A stretch of 64,000 nucleotides of DNA from Chitinophagales bacterium (lineage in GTDB: Bacteria; Bacteroidota; Bacteroidia; Chitinophagales; JADIYW01), in assembly GCA_041393015.1 (NCBI GenBank), contig JAWKKV010000002.1, forward strand, positions 513,279 through 577,278. The letters are read 5' to 3'. Within the stretch, counting starts at the first letter, position 1; each line of letters opens with the position of its first letter. Under the pieces are notes generated by a model. That model saw nothing but the letters and a program-made list of their open reading frames with translations. It did no database searches and was not told the origin of the DNA. Positions 30,901 to 38,121 of this stretch are shown here, piece by piece. A program made the position numbers and the translations under genes.

Positions 30901-31156
30901 TAAAAAGTAAGTCTTTTACTTTGTTTGGTAGAATACTTTCAAATTCTAATGTTTTTAACCGATTGTGAAAAGTATTGTCAACTGGAAACTCTATATAATG
31001 AAGCTCAAATAACAACTCAGTTAACTTTTCTCCAAATTGTCTCAATTTAAAAAGAGATGTTATTGGATCTTTATATAAATTAAACTCTGCTGATTGGCAA
31101 ATATTGAATAATAAAGAATATTCTTTTTCAAGAAAATTGAAATTTGAATTACTCAT
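27911..31156 (-). CDS. hsdR: Type I restriction endonuclease subunit HsdR with an N-terminal ~130-aa extra domain (DUF4145-like)
   Basis: PD-(D/E)xK region (GIVEAKKY), an SF2 helicase Walker A (LAMATGTGKTRT) and DEAH (IIDEAHRG). 1081 aa. Confidence 0.9.
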   Translation of the reverse strand: MSNSNFNFLEKEYSLLFNICQSAEFNLYKDPITSLFKLRQFGEKLTELLFELHYIEFPVDNTFHNRLKTLEFESILPNKVKDLLFTIKNRGNQAVHNSHGSLEDAKTTLYSTFKVAKWFYQTYAESIDSIDDVRFSLPQNLDTRHALHILEQDFNELEIKFKKLLEEREIKEQAQEEKEAILIKSEKVASKIEMNEAETRELIDEQLKQAGWEVETSIFNYKTNKTLPVKGRNIAIAEWPCKSKWADYALFNGLELIGIVEAKKYANDISTDLHQSKIYAELVEEKFDAKLLGEWRTYKVPFLFSTNGRPYLEQIKTKSGIWFLDIRNERNHARPLKGWFSPEGLKDLFDRDIEESNKKLEESDNSYLKNPSGLSLRDYQLDAIEAVEYLLSTNPKRRKALLAMATGTGKTRTIIGLCYRLIKANRFKRILFLVDRRMLATQAINHFGDYKIEDLNTFADTYKVDTLKAVIPDLESRLHFSTVQGMVKRLFYSENDADVLPIDTYDCIIIDEAHRGYLQDRELDDEELNFKDQRDYVSKYRMVIDYFDAFCVALTATPALHTTEIFGSPVYTYSYREAVIDGFLIDHDPPYIIKTKLGEEGITWEKGEKPKVYIKEDNQVVELDALEDELNIDITGFNKLVITESFNRTVVEQLVQEIDPEGEEKTLIFAAKDEHADRIVQYLKEEYEKIGVDVPDDAIVKITGKSYKPQELLTRYKNEKFPNIAVTVDLLTTGIDVPPISNLVFLRRIKSRILYEQMLGRATRRCDEIGKEIFRIFDAVKIYEALEDYTSMKPIVPNPKATFTDLVNEMDKIESNERAKKQIEQIIAKLQRKKNKIQGQNEAVFQYNAKGKDPDAFINMLKDIPESEAISNLKQYAGLWKFLDELKPLPLAQYFSEHEDEYISTERGYGKGQKPEDYLESFRTFIQENVNKIAALQIICTRPKELDRQSLKELKLILDQEGFNSRTLNAAWRDTKNEDIAADIISYIRTLAIGSSLVSHEQRIKNAVDKVREMQKWNTIQTKWIDRFEKQLLQETVMNIDDLNKNPFNEAGGFKRLDKIFSHQLQNVFDTINDNLYIETA

Positions 31157-31315
31157 TCAGAGATTAAAATTTTTGTTTAATTTTTATGGAAAAACATTGT
31201 CTACCAAATATAGCCGATTTATAGGAATCGATCTAAATAAAAGATACAATAACTGAAATTTTTAGAAAAAAGAAAAGGCTAATACATAGAAGCTTTAATG
31301 ATGATAAATTAGCAA

Positions 31316-31413
31316 CAGATTGCGTCGTCATTCTCAATCCTTATCAGGATTATTATTCCTCGCAATGACGGCAAGGAATAATACAAAAACGCCATACATT
31401 TCTGCATGGCGTT
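31316..31413 (-). repeat. about 95-bp structured repeat, copy A: an intrinsic-terminator hairpin (aacgccat..atggcgtt) plus a nested palindromic element (cgtcattc..aatcct tatc aggatt..gcaatgacg). It is the 3'-end element of the SPFH gene.
   Basis: About 85% identical to 33397..33488, in the same orientation. Both copies begin right after the stop of a minus-strand gene. Confidence 0.6.
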
Positions 31414-31447
31414 CCACAAAACTATCTGAGTACAAACTCTACATTAA

Positions 31448-32554
31448 TTATTTGCTGGTAGAAAAAATTTCTTTCAACTGGTTCAATACTTGTCCGTTTC
31501 CACCGGAAACAGTGATCTCCCCTATCTTATCGGCAATTTTCTCTACATATTCCATCTCTTTTAATTTAAACAACATGGTGTTGTCTTCCATTAATTTGGC
31601 GGTGTTCAACAAACTTCTGGTAGAAGCTGTCTCTTCTCTCCTAGTGATGGTATTCGCTTGGGCTTGCTTTTGTGCCACCAAAACTTGGTTCATGATGGCT
31701 TTTACTTCGCCAGGCAAAATAATATCTCTAATTCCGGCACTCAACACTTCTACTCCTAATACCTTAGATTTAGTTTTTAAGTTGCCTAACACAAATTCGG
31801 CCGCTGCCATTTTATTGTCTAACAACTCATCTAAAGTCATGGTACCAATGAATTCTCTCAATGCCAATTGAATTAAGCTGTACAATTGCTTGGTAAAGTC
31901 TTTGCTGTTTAACAACGCTTTCTCTACGTCAACCACTTTGTATTGCGCATCAAAGTTGACCCTTAACGCTGCTTTGTCTTTGGTTAACATTTCCTGTCCG
32001 GAAATTTCCATTTGCAACTGTCTTAAATCTACTTTTAATACTTCCACATCAATAGCATTCTTCCAGAAACTGTAAGCGCCTTTGGTTAATTTGTTGACCA
32101 ACTTGCCATCTACAAAAAGTAAACCTTCTTCGTAAGATTCTACTCTAAAAGTTCTAGTGTAAGCTTTTACGGCAGGCAATTGTAATACCGACAAACTAAC
32201 GGCCTCAGAAACCTCTACCTTGTTCAAGTCTACCATCACAAATTTAAAATCGATTAAACCTTTCCAGTAGAAATATTTACCCGGCTTTAAAACAGAATCG
32301 AAGTTATCTCCGTCGTATTTCAATGCTATTTCGTTGTCTTTCACATCAAATACTTCCACTAAAGCGGCCAACTTAGGATCCTGGATCATAATATTGAATC
32401 TTGCTGTAGCGGTATACATTTTTGACATATCGTATTCCATTACTAATTCATTCAACATTAACCAGTAGGTTCCTGCAGTTAATACTTTTTGGTAATCTCC
32501 ATTTTTAGAGACAATTCCCATTTTTCCGACATTTACTCTTACTCTCTTAAACAT
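31448..32554 (-). CDS. SPFH/band-7 (stomatin/flotillin-like) domain protein
   Basis: 368 aa with a C-terminal ...RDIILPGEVKAIMNQVLVAQKQAQANTITRREETA.. band-7 signature and a coiled-coil. Confidence 0.65.
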   Translation of the reverse strand: MFKRVRVNVGKMGIVSKNGDYQKVLTAGTYWLMLNELVMEYDMSKMYTATARFNIMIQDPKLAALVEVFDVKDNEIALKYDGDNFDSVLKPGKYFYWKGLIDFKFVMVDLNKVEVSEAVSLSVLQLPAVKAYTRTFRVESYEEGLLFVDGKLVNKLTKGAYSFWKNAIDVEVLKVDLRQLQMEISGQEMLTKDKAALRVNFDAQYKVVDVEKALLNSKDFTKQLYSLIQLALREFIGTMTLDELLDNKMAAAEFVLGNLKTKSKVLGVEVLSAGIRDIILPGEVKAIMNQVLVAQKQAQANTITRREETASTRSLLNTAKLMEDNTMLFKLKEMEYVEKIADKIGEITVSGGNGQVLNQLKEIFSTSK

Positions 32555-32612
32555 GTCTTCTGTTTTAAATAGTTAATTAATTAGGGTTTATATATTTTAT
32601 TTAGATCCTAAT

Positions 32613-32626
32613 CCGTCAGCTGACGG
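32613..32626. promoter_or_regulatory. perfect 14-bp palindrome ccgtcagctgacgg in the SPFH-gene upstream region, a candidate operator
   Basis: Seen directly, about 60 bp upstream of the SPFH start codon. Confidence 0.25.
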
Positions 32627-32989
32627 ACAAGATGACTATCATTCGTTAATAAAGAAAAACGTACAAAGCCAACCATCTTCTAAGAGCGGAAGTTGAATTG
32701 AGTAATCACTCGTTGAAATAGTTTTTATAAAATAGATGCTATCTAATGAAATGGTGTTCTATTGCATTTTCTAACCTTTCAATTACAAAAAGTAATTCAA
32801 GTCGCGACTGCGGTATCCTTCGCATTCGGCGCTTGTCCAACTGTTGTACCAACGATAAACTGTTGATATAACCGGCTTGCTTTGCACAATTTTTCCTAGA
32901 TCTTTTTTACAAGAGATCAACTTATGAAGATGGATTTTAAGTCCATTATGGCGGGAATCGAATCTACCTATCGGCAGACAGGCCCGCAC

Positions 32990-33063
32990 TTCCAATTCTA
33001 TTGCTCTAACCACTGAGCTATCCCAACTGATTGGGAAAGGGAGTCGAACCCTTGACACATAGA
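32990..33063 (-). other. tRNA-like element with permuted order. The 3' half (anticodon-stem 3' strand tctat, variable loop, T-arm aaggg-ttcgact-ccctt, acceptor tcccaat, discriminator c) directly precedes the 5' half (acceptor gttggga, ta, D-arm gctc-agtggtta-gagc, anticodon-stem ataga, loop attggaa with UGG).
   Basis: Read on the minus strand. Both halves are in canonical tRNA orientation and are mutually complementary (acceptor 7/7 allowing a G1-U72 wobble; anticodon stem 5/5). They are joined 3'-then-5' with a 1-nt linker. Confidence 0.45.
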
Positions 33064-33396
33064 TCCCATTGGTGGTAGATGTTGAGAGACAAGCAGCATA
33101 TTACTATAGAGGCTATAGCAATACTATGAAGCCATTCAGAAACTTCTATCGTTGGCTCATACAAATCAACCTTCAACCTTCTTCGGTGCATTTGCACTAT
33201 ATTTTAAAAGAACTTTATACTTTTTTTTAACGCACATCCAATTGTTTAATGTTTTTATTTAATGGCGTTTCACTAACAACGATACAAAGATGAATGACAA
33301 TTGCGCAGTCTTTTTGCGTAGATAAAATAAAGTGAAAAATAATTTTTTAATATGATGGAATGGATGGATAGATGCTATCTATTGCTAAGAATCAGA

Positions 33397-33488
33397 CAGA
33401 TTGTAACGTCATTCTTAATCCTTATCAGGATTATAATTCCTCGCAATGACGGTACAAATAAAAACGCCATACCTAATGGCATGGCGTT
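33397..33488 (-). repeat. about 95-bp structured repeat, copy B (terminator hairpin plus nested palindrome). It is the 3'-end element of the heme-binding-protein gene.
   Basis: Homologous to 31316..31413. The hairpin aaaacgccatacctaatggcatggcgtttt has a T-run. Confidence 0.6.
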
Positions 33489-33516
33489 TTAAGATTTAAC
33501 TCGATTATTGAATCAA

Positions 33517-34005
33517 TCAACGTTTTCTTATCAAACTATCTTTTGGATAGGTTTGCTCTAAATATTGGATTTGAGATTTTGCCCAATCGATCAATAGCGT
33601 TCTTTGTTCGTCTGATAAATTAGCCTCAACATGTAAACCTAAATTAGTGTAAGAAGGCAATGGCATTTTTCTTTCTTCCACTTCTTCTACTGTTTCTTCT
33701 AGTTTGTGATATTGATATGCCAATGGTCGATTGGTAAATTCTGAAAAATTTAAGTGCTCCTTCCCTTCTTCCACGTGACTATTTAACCACCATGCTACCG
33801 GTTGAATATTGGAATACCAAGGATAACGCGTATTGTTGCTGTGGCAGTCGTTACAGGCTACGGCAAGTATGTTACTTACATTTTCAGGCACGGTGTATTT
33901 TGTGTCCAAAGCATAAGTATTATCGTTGGAGTTGTTCTTCTCAGGTCTGATGAATTGTATTAGAATTAAAATAACTACTAATACGGCTAATATTCTTTTA
34001 AGCAT
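33517..34005 (-). CDS. heme-binding-domain protein (single CxxCH motif), membrane-anchored or secreted
   Basis: N-terminal hydrophobic segment and a CNDCH c-type heme-binding motif. 162 aa. Confidence 0.55.
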   Translation of the reverse strand: MLKRILAVLVVILILIQFIRPEKNNSNDNTYALDTKYTVPENVSNILAVACNDCHSNNTRYPWYSNIQPVAWWLNSHVEEGKEHLNFSEFTNRPLAYQYHKLEETVEEVEERKMPLPSYTNLGLHVEANLSDEQRTLLIDWAKSQIQYLEQTYPKDSLIRKR

Positions 34006-34132
34006 AATTAATCTTTTAAGTGTTTAAGTGTATTTATCGATGCCATCCCTATTACTAAAATTAAATCATTTAATGATACGCAATTCTCTTCAACAATGAT
34101 TCAACAGCTTTGGGATAGTATCGGTCTGATGT

Positions 34133-35176
34133 TTACAACGATTCCATATCAATAACAAATCGATATTTCACATCTGCTTTTTTAACTCTATCGTAGGCTT
34201 CGTTTACATTTTGCATCTCAATCATTTCAATATCACTTACAATGTTGTGTTCTCCGCAAAAATCAAGCATTTCTTGTGTTTCTTTCAAACCACCAATCAA
34301 TGAACCTGCCACTGTTTTTCTACCCAACACCAACAAGCCGGAATGAACGGGATCTATTGGCTCAATAGCGCCTACCATCACCATTGTAGCATCTCGTTTC
34401 AATAGCATTAAATATGGATTGATATCATGTCGAACAGGAACGGTATTCAAAAGAAAATCGAATGACCCCATTTGTGCTGCCATTGCTTTTTCATCTTTTG
34501 AAATCAATACTTCGTCTGCTCCTAGTTTTTTAGCGTCCTGTGCTTTATTCGGTGAAGTGGTAATCATCACCACGTGCGCTCCTAAAGCATGTGCAAACTT
34601 AATACCCATGTGACCCAATCCACCTAAACCAATGACGCCCACCTTATCTCCTTTTTTCACCTTCCAATGCATCAATGGAGAATAAGTGGTGATGCCAGCA
34701 CACAACAACGGCGCGACTGCTTTTTCATCTAAATTCTCAGGCACTCGCAATACAAAATCCTCATCTACCACAATCATTTCAGAATATCCTCCAAAAGTAT
34801 GTCCGCCTAAATGTTTATCCGGTCCATTGTAAGTTCCAATTAATCCTTTTTCACAGTATTGCTCTAAATGATCTTGGCAAGCGCTGCAAGTTCTACATGA
34901 ATCTACTAAACAGCCTACACCAACCACATCGCCAGCTTTAAACTTCTCCACTCCTTTTCCAACAGCTACTACTCTACCCACAATTTCATGTCCGGGCACA
35001 ACAGGATATTGAGATCCGCCCCAATCATTTTGTACGGTATGAATATCGCTATGGCAAATGCCACAATACGTAATTTTTATCTGAACATCTTTATCTTGAA
35101 TAGATCTTCGTTCAATATTTAATGGTTTTAAAGCGGCACTTACTTCTGTTGCTCCATATGCTTTTACTTGGCTCAT
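34133..35176 (-). CDS. zinc-dependent NAD(P) alcohol dehydrogenase (cinnamyl-alcohol-dehydrogenase-like)
   Basis: GHEIVGRV catalytic Zn motif, a structural-Zn Cys cluster (CRTCSACQDHLEQYC), and a GLGGLGHMG Rossmann motif. Confidence 0.85.
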   Translation of the reverse strand: MSQVKAYGATEVSAALKPLNIERRSIQDKDVQIKITYCGICHSDIHTVQNDWGGSQYPVVPGHEIVGRVVAVGKGVEKFKAGDVVGVGCLVDSCRTCSACQDHLEQYCEKGLIGTYNGPDKHLGGHTFGGYSEMIVVDEDFVLRVPENLDEKAVAPLLCAGITTYSPLMHWKVKKGDKVGVIGLGGLGHMGIKFAHALGAHVVMITTSPNKAQDAKKLGADEVLISKDEKAMAAQMGSFDFLLNTVPVRHDINPYLMLLKRDATMVMVGAIEPIDPVHSGLLVLGRKTVAGSLIGGLKETQEMLDFCGEHNIVSDIEMIEMQNVNEAYDRVKKADVKYRFVIDMESL

Positions 35177-35422
35177 TTTCTATATATTTTTTTTAAATTT
35201 TATAATTGAATGTTCTGGCTACAAAATAGAATCATTTATAATGATAAAAAAATGAATTATTGTTTTTTATGTCTTTAATAAATAAGTGGTATTAATAGTC
35301 AGTATTTCGACTGTGGCGGTATTTTTTTTAACCACAACGTTCACTAAGGTTGTTTCACAAAAGACACAAAAGCTAACTTATAAAATTAATAGTAAACTTA
35401 GTGACTTCTTAGTGCTTGGTAA

Positions 35423-36265
35423 TTATATGATTTCTATCAAAAGCTGAGTATCTAATGTAGAGGAAGCGCTTCCTCGAATGCCTCCTGAAACCGGCATGGT
35501 GTTTTCAAAATGATCACTGGAGACAATTGGGAAATGGGTATTGCCAGTTAAAATTCCATGACTGGGATCCAACCCTATCCAACCAGCTCCCGGTAAAAAC
35601 ACTTCTATCCAAGCATGTAATTCATATGCAGGTTCTTCCATTTTGAAGTAATAATATCCACTAACAAAACGAGTGGCAAATCCTTGGTGTCGTAACAAAT
35701 TGATTTGCATCCATGATAAATCGCGACACGATCCTCTTTTTAATTCAAATGTTTCATTCGGCAGCAATGGAGCACCAAATTCTCTATACTCGACCAAAAA
35801 GTCTTGATGTAATTGTTTGGTAAGGTTGGTTAGGTATTGTATCGTATTGGAATTGGATGACTTTTGTATAGTGCCACCATAATCCAACAAGTCCTTTGAT
35901 ACGGGTTGCGTAGCGAGTGTTGTCGCCAATAACTTTTTCTGAGATTTATCATATTCAAATGGGAATTGATTATAATTTTGAGGGTGTAAAATGAAGGCAA
36001 ATGGATTAAATGATGTAGTTTGAATAACCGTTTCAGCAGTAATCACTAGATTTTGAGTCATCCCATCAAACCAACAAAAATCAATTAAGTTATTCTCTTC
36101 ATCTCTAATCACTCTATGTCCTGTAGGTTGTGGAGAAATTGTTAAGACGAAATGCTCTATATCGGCATAAGCTGTTTTTCTGGGACGAAATCTCAAATAA
36201 TGTGGTTCAAGAAACACTTCTGAATCAAACGAATATTCTGTATGATGGGTAATTATAATCTTCAT
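35423..36265 (-). CDS. transglutaminase-family protein (bacterial transglutaminase-like cysteine protease)
   Basis: N-terminal Bact_transglu_N-like segment and a GSCRDLSWMQINLLRHQG core Cys motif. 280 aa. Confidence 0.7.
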   Translation of the reverse strand: MKIIITHHTEYSFDSEVFLEPHYLRFRPRKTAYADIEHFVLTISPQPTGHRVIRDEENNLIDFCWFDGMTQNLVITAETVIQTTSFNPFAFILHPQNYNQFPFEYDKSQKKLLATTLATQPVSKDLLDYGGTIQKSSNSNTIQYLTNLTKQLHQDFLVEYREFGAPLLPNETFELKRGSCRDLSWMQINLLRHQGFATRFVSGYYYFKMEEPAYELHAWIEVFLPGAGWIGLDPSHGILTGNTHFPIVSSDHFENTMPVSGGIRGSASSTLDTQLLIEII

Positions 36266-36683
36266 TGGTTGAGTTTTATGTTTCCATTGATGTCAAATGT
36301 GAATACTTCGTTGATACCTAAATATTCAAAATTGGAATTTAGCAAGCTTATGTTCTGTTAAGATGGCTAATAACATCACCCGACCTTAACTACTTTCTAA
36401 AATTACATTTTATAACTGCTTATTTGCCTTTTTACTTCCATAATGAAAATTAATCACAAGCTTAAGGTATAACTTTAGAGCCTAAAGGTATAAAACACTA
36501 CTGCTAGCTATCAATAATATTTTTATATAACTAATTATATTTCAAACATTTACATTAAAACCAAGACTAATATTGCTGTTTAACTCATCTAAACTTTTAC
36601 TGCATTCATCGAAACATCTAGGATAACATATGGCTTGGTCGAAATTCTTAGTAAGCTCCTAGTTTTAGCGATAATATTACATC

Positions 36684-37214
36684 ATGCAGCAGCAACCACT
36701 TATAGTTAGATTTCAAAATATAGACACAAAAGCATTTGAAGAACTGTACAAAATGTATGCTAAGAGTATGCATGGCGTTATTTTCAAAATTATCAAGGAC
36801 GAATCAGTTACCGAAGAGGTTTTGCAAGATGTGTTCTTAAAAGCTTGGAAAAAATCTCACACTTATCATCCTAAAAAGGGAAGATTATTTACTTGGTTAA
36901 TCAATATTGCAAGAAACGCAGCTATTGACAAATTACGCTCTAAAGGATTTAAAAAATCTAAATTAAACGTTGACGCTGCTACTTTGCTGGATAACTTTCA
37001 TTCCCACGAAAACTTAGATTCAAAAGTAAATTCAATTGGTTTACAGACCTTTGTTAACCAATTGGAGCACAAATACAAGAATTTGATTGATCTGCTTTAT
37101 TTTAAAGGTTATACGCATAAAGAAGCTGCTGAAGAGATGCAATTACCTATCGGAACCATAAAGACCAATAACAGAAAAGGCATCTTTGCCTTGAGGAAAC
37201 TATTAGCAGTATAG
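36684..37214 (+). CDS. ECF-type RNA polymerase sigma-70 factor
   Basis: Region 2 (..VLQDVFLKAWKK..) and a region 4 HTH (..YFKGYTHKEAAEEMQLPIGTIKT..). Confidence 0.75.
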   Translation: MQQQPLIVRFQNIDTKAFEELYKMYAKSMHGVIFKIIKDESVTEEVLQDVFLKAWKKSHTYHPKKGRLFTWLINIARNAAIDKLRSKGFKKSKLNVDAATLLDNFHSHENLDSKVNSIGLQTFVNQLEHKYKNLIDLLYFKGYTHKEAAEEMQLPIGTIKTNNRKGIFALRKLLAV

Positions 37215-37296
37215 CCATCAACAAACTTCCTTTTGCACATTCCATTCCTAAACAATATTAATAGCTTTGATTCTTTTTTAGATTAAAGTATAGATC

Positions 37297-37737
37297 ATGA
37301 AGCTAATTCAAGAATTTAAAGAATTTGCCATAAAAGGCAATATGATTGATATTGCCATTGGAGTTATTATCGGCGCTGCTTTTAACAAGGTAGTTGATGT
37401 ATTGGTGAAACAAATTTTCTTACCGCCTCTCTCCTTGCTAACCAATGGTATCAATTTAGAAAACAAACGTATAATCTTGCGAAAAGCAGTAGAAACTAAT
37501 GGAGTTGTAAAACCTGAAGAGATAGCTATTGGTTATGGTAAATTGATTGAAGCCAGTGTTGATTTCCTAATTATTGGATTTACAGTTTTCTTGGTCATTA
37601 AATTTTTCAATCGTTTAAGATCTAAAGGCCATGATCCTAAAGACGTTACCGTCAAAACTCCCAAAGACATTGAGTTATTGAATAAAATTAGTGAGTTGAT
37701 TGAAAAGCAAAATGAGATCTTAGAGAAGAAAATGTAA
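37297..37737 (+). CDS. mscL: large-conductance mechanosensitive channel MscL
   Basis: EFKEFAIKGNMIDIAIGVIIGAAFNKVV is the MscL N-terminus/TM1 signature. 146 aa. Confidence 0.85.
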   Translation: MKLIQEFKEFAIKGNMIDIAIGVIIGAAFNKVVDVLVKQIFLPPLSLLTNGINLENKRIILRKAVETNGVVKPEEIAIGYGKLIEASVDFLIIGFTVFLVIKFFNRLRSKGHDPKDVTVKTPKDIELLNKISELIEKQNEILEKKM

Positions 37738-37940
37738 GGAATATCTTTACTGTTTCAGGCATCACTCAATTAGTCAACTTATAACCCACCACTGATTTTT
37801 ATACCAAATCATACCTGTCTGCCGAAAAAGGCAGGGATTTGGAAAAATCATCCACTCTAAGAAGGGGAATTTAGCCTTTGTTTTATTTTCTCTAAAGTCA
37901 GTAAATTTTAATGCTATAGCTATAATCTGGAGAAATTATA

Positions 37941-37974
37941 AAAAGCCCTGAGAAGAAAACTCCTCAGGGCATGC
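37941..37974 (-). terminator. intrinsic terminator for the TPR lipoprotein gene (stem gccctgag/ctcagggc, T-run on the minus strand)
   Basis: Hairpin at 37945-37970, followed on the minus strand by ttttta. Confidence 0.55.
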
Positions 37975-38121
37975 TAACAAAAACTCAACCACGAATTTTT
38001 ATCTTTAATTAGGCTTCGTCTTCAATAAACTATAACACAAATGAACTAGTTTGGTTTGCTACGAAGTCATTTTATAACATTTAATTAGCTTATTTATGGT
38101 TTTAATGAGCTGTTTACTCTT

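Noticed and set aside
31320-31871. 183-aa plus-strand ORF antisense to the SPFH gene
   Set aside because: It starts inside the intergenic repeat element and runs entirely antisense to a well-supported gene. Its composition is low-complexity.
32783-33058. 91-aa minus-strand ORF (MSRVRLPFPISWDSSVVRAIELEV...)
   Set aside because: It is a translation of the tRNA-like sequence. The WDSSVVRA stretch comes from tgggatagctcagtggttagagca. It is not a protein gene.
32990-33063. Two-piece/permuted tmRNA (ssrA) hypothesis for the permuted tRNA-like element
   Set aside because: The 5' half carries a true tRNA D-arm rather than the tmRNA-like D-loop analogue. There is no G3-U70 alanine identity pair. No tag-peptide reading frame or pseudoknot region is evident nearby.
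32955-37840. Shared 12-mer cctgtctgccga at about 32960 (minus strand) and about 37817
   Set aside because: The match does not extend beyond 12 nt and the contexts differ. It was treated as coincidence or a common hairpin half.
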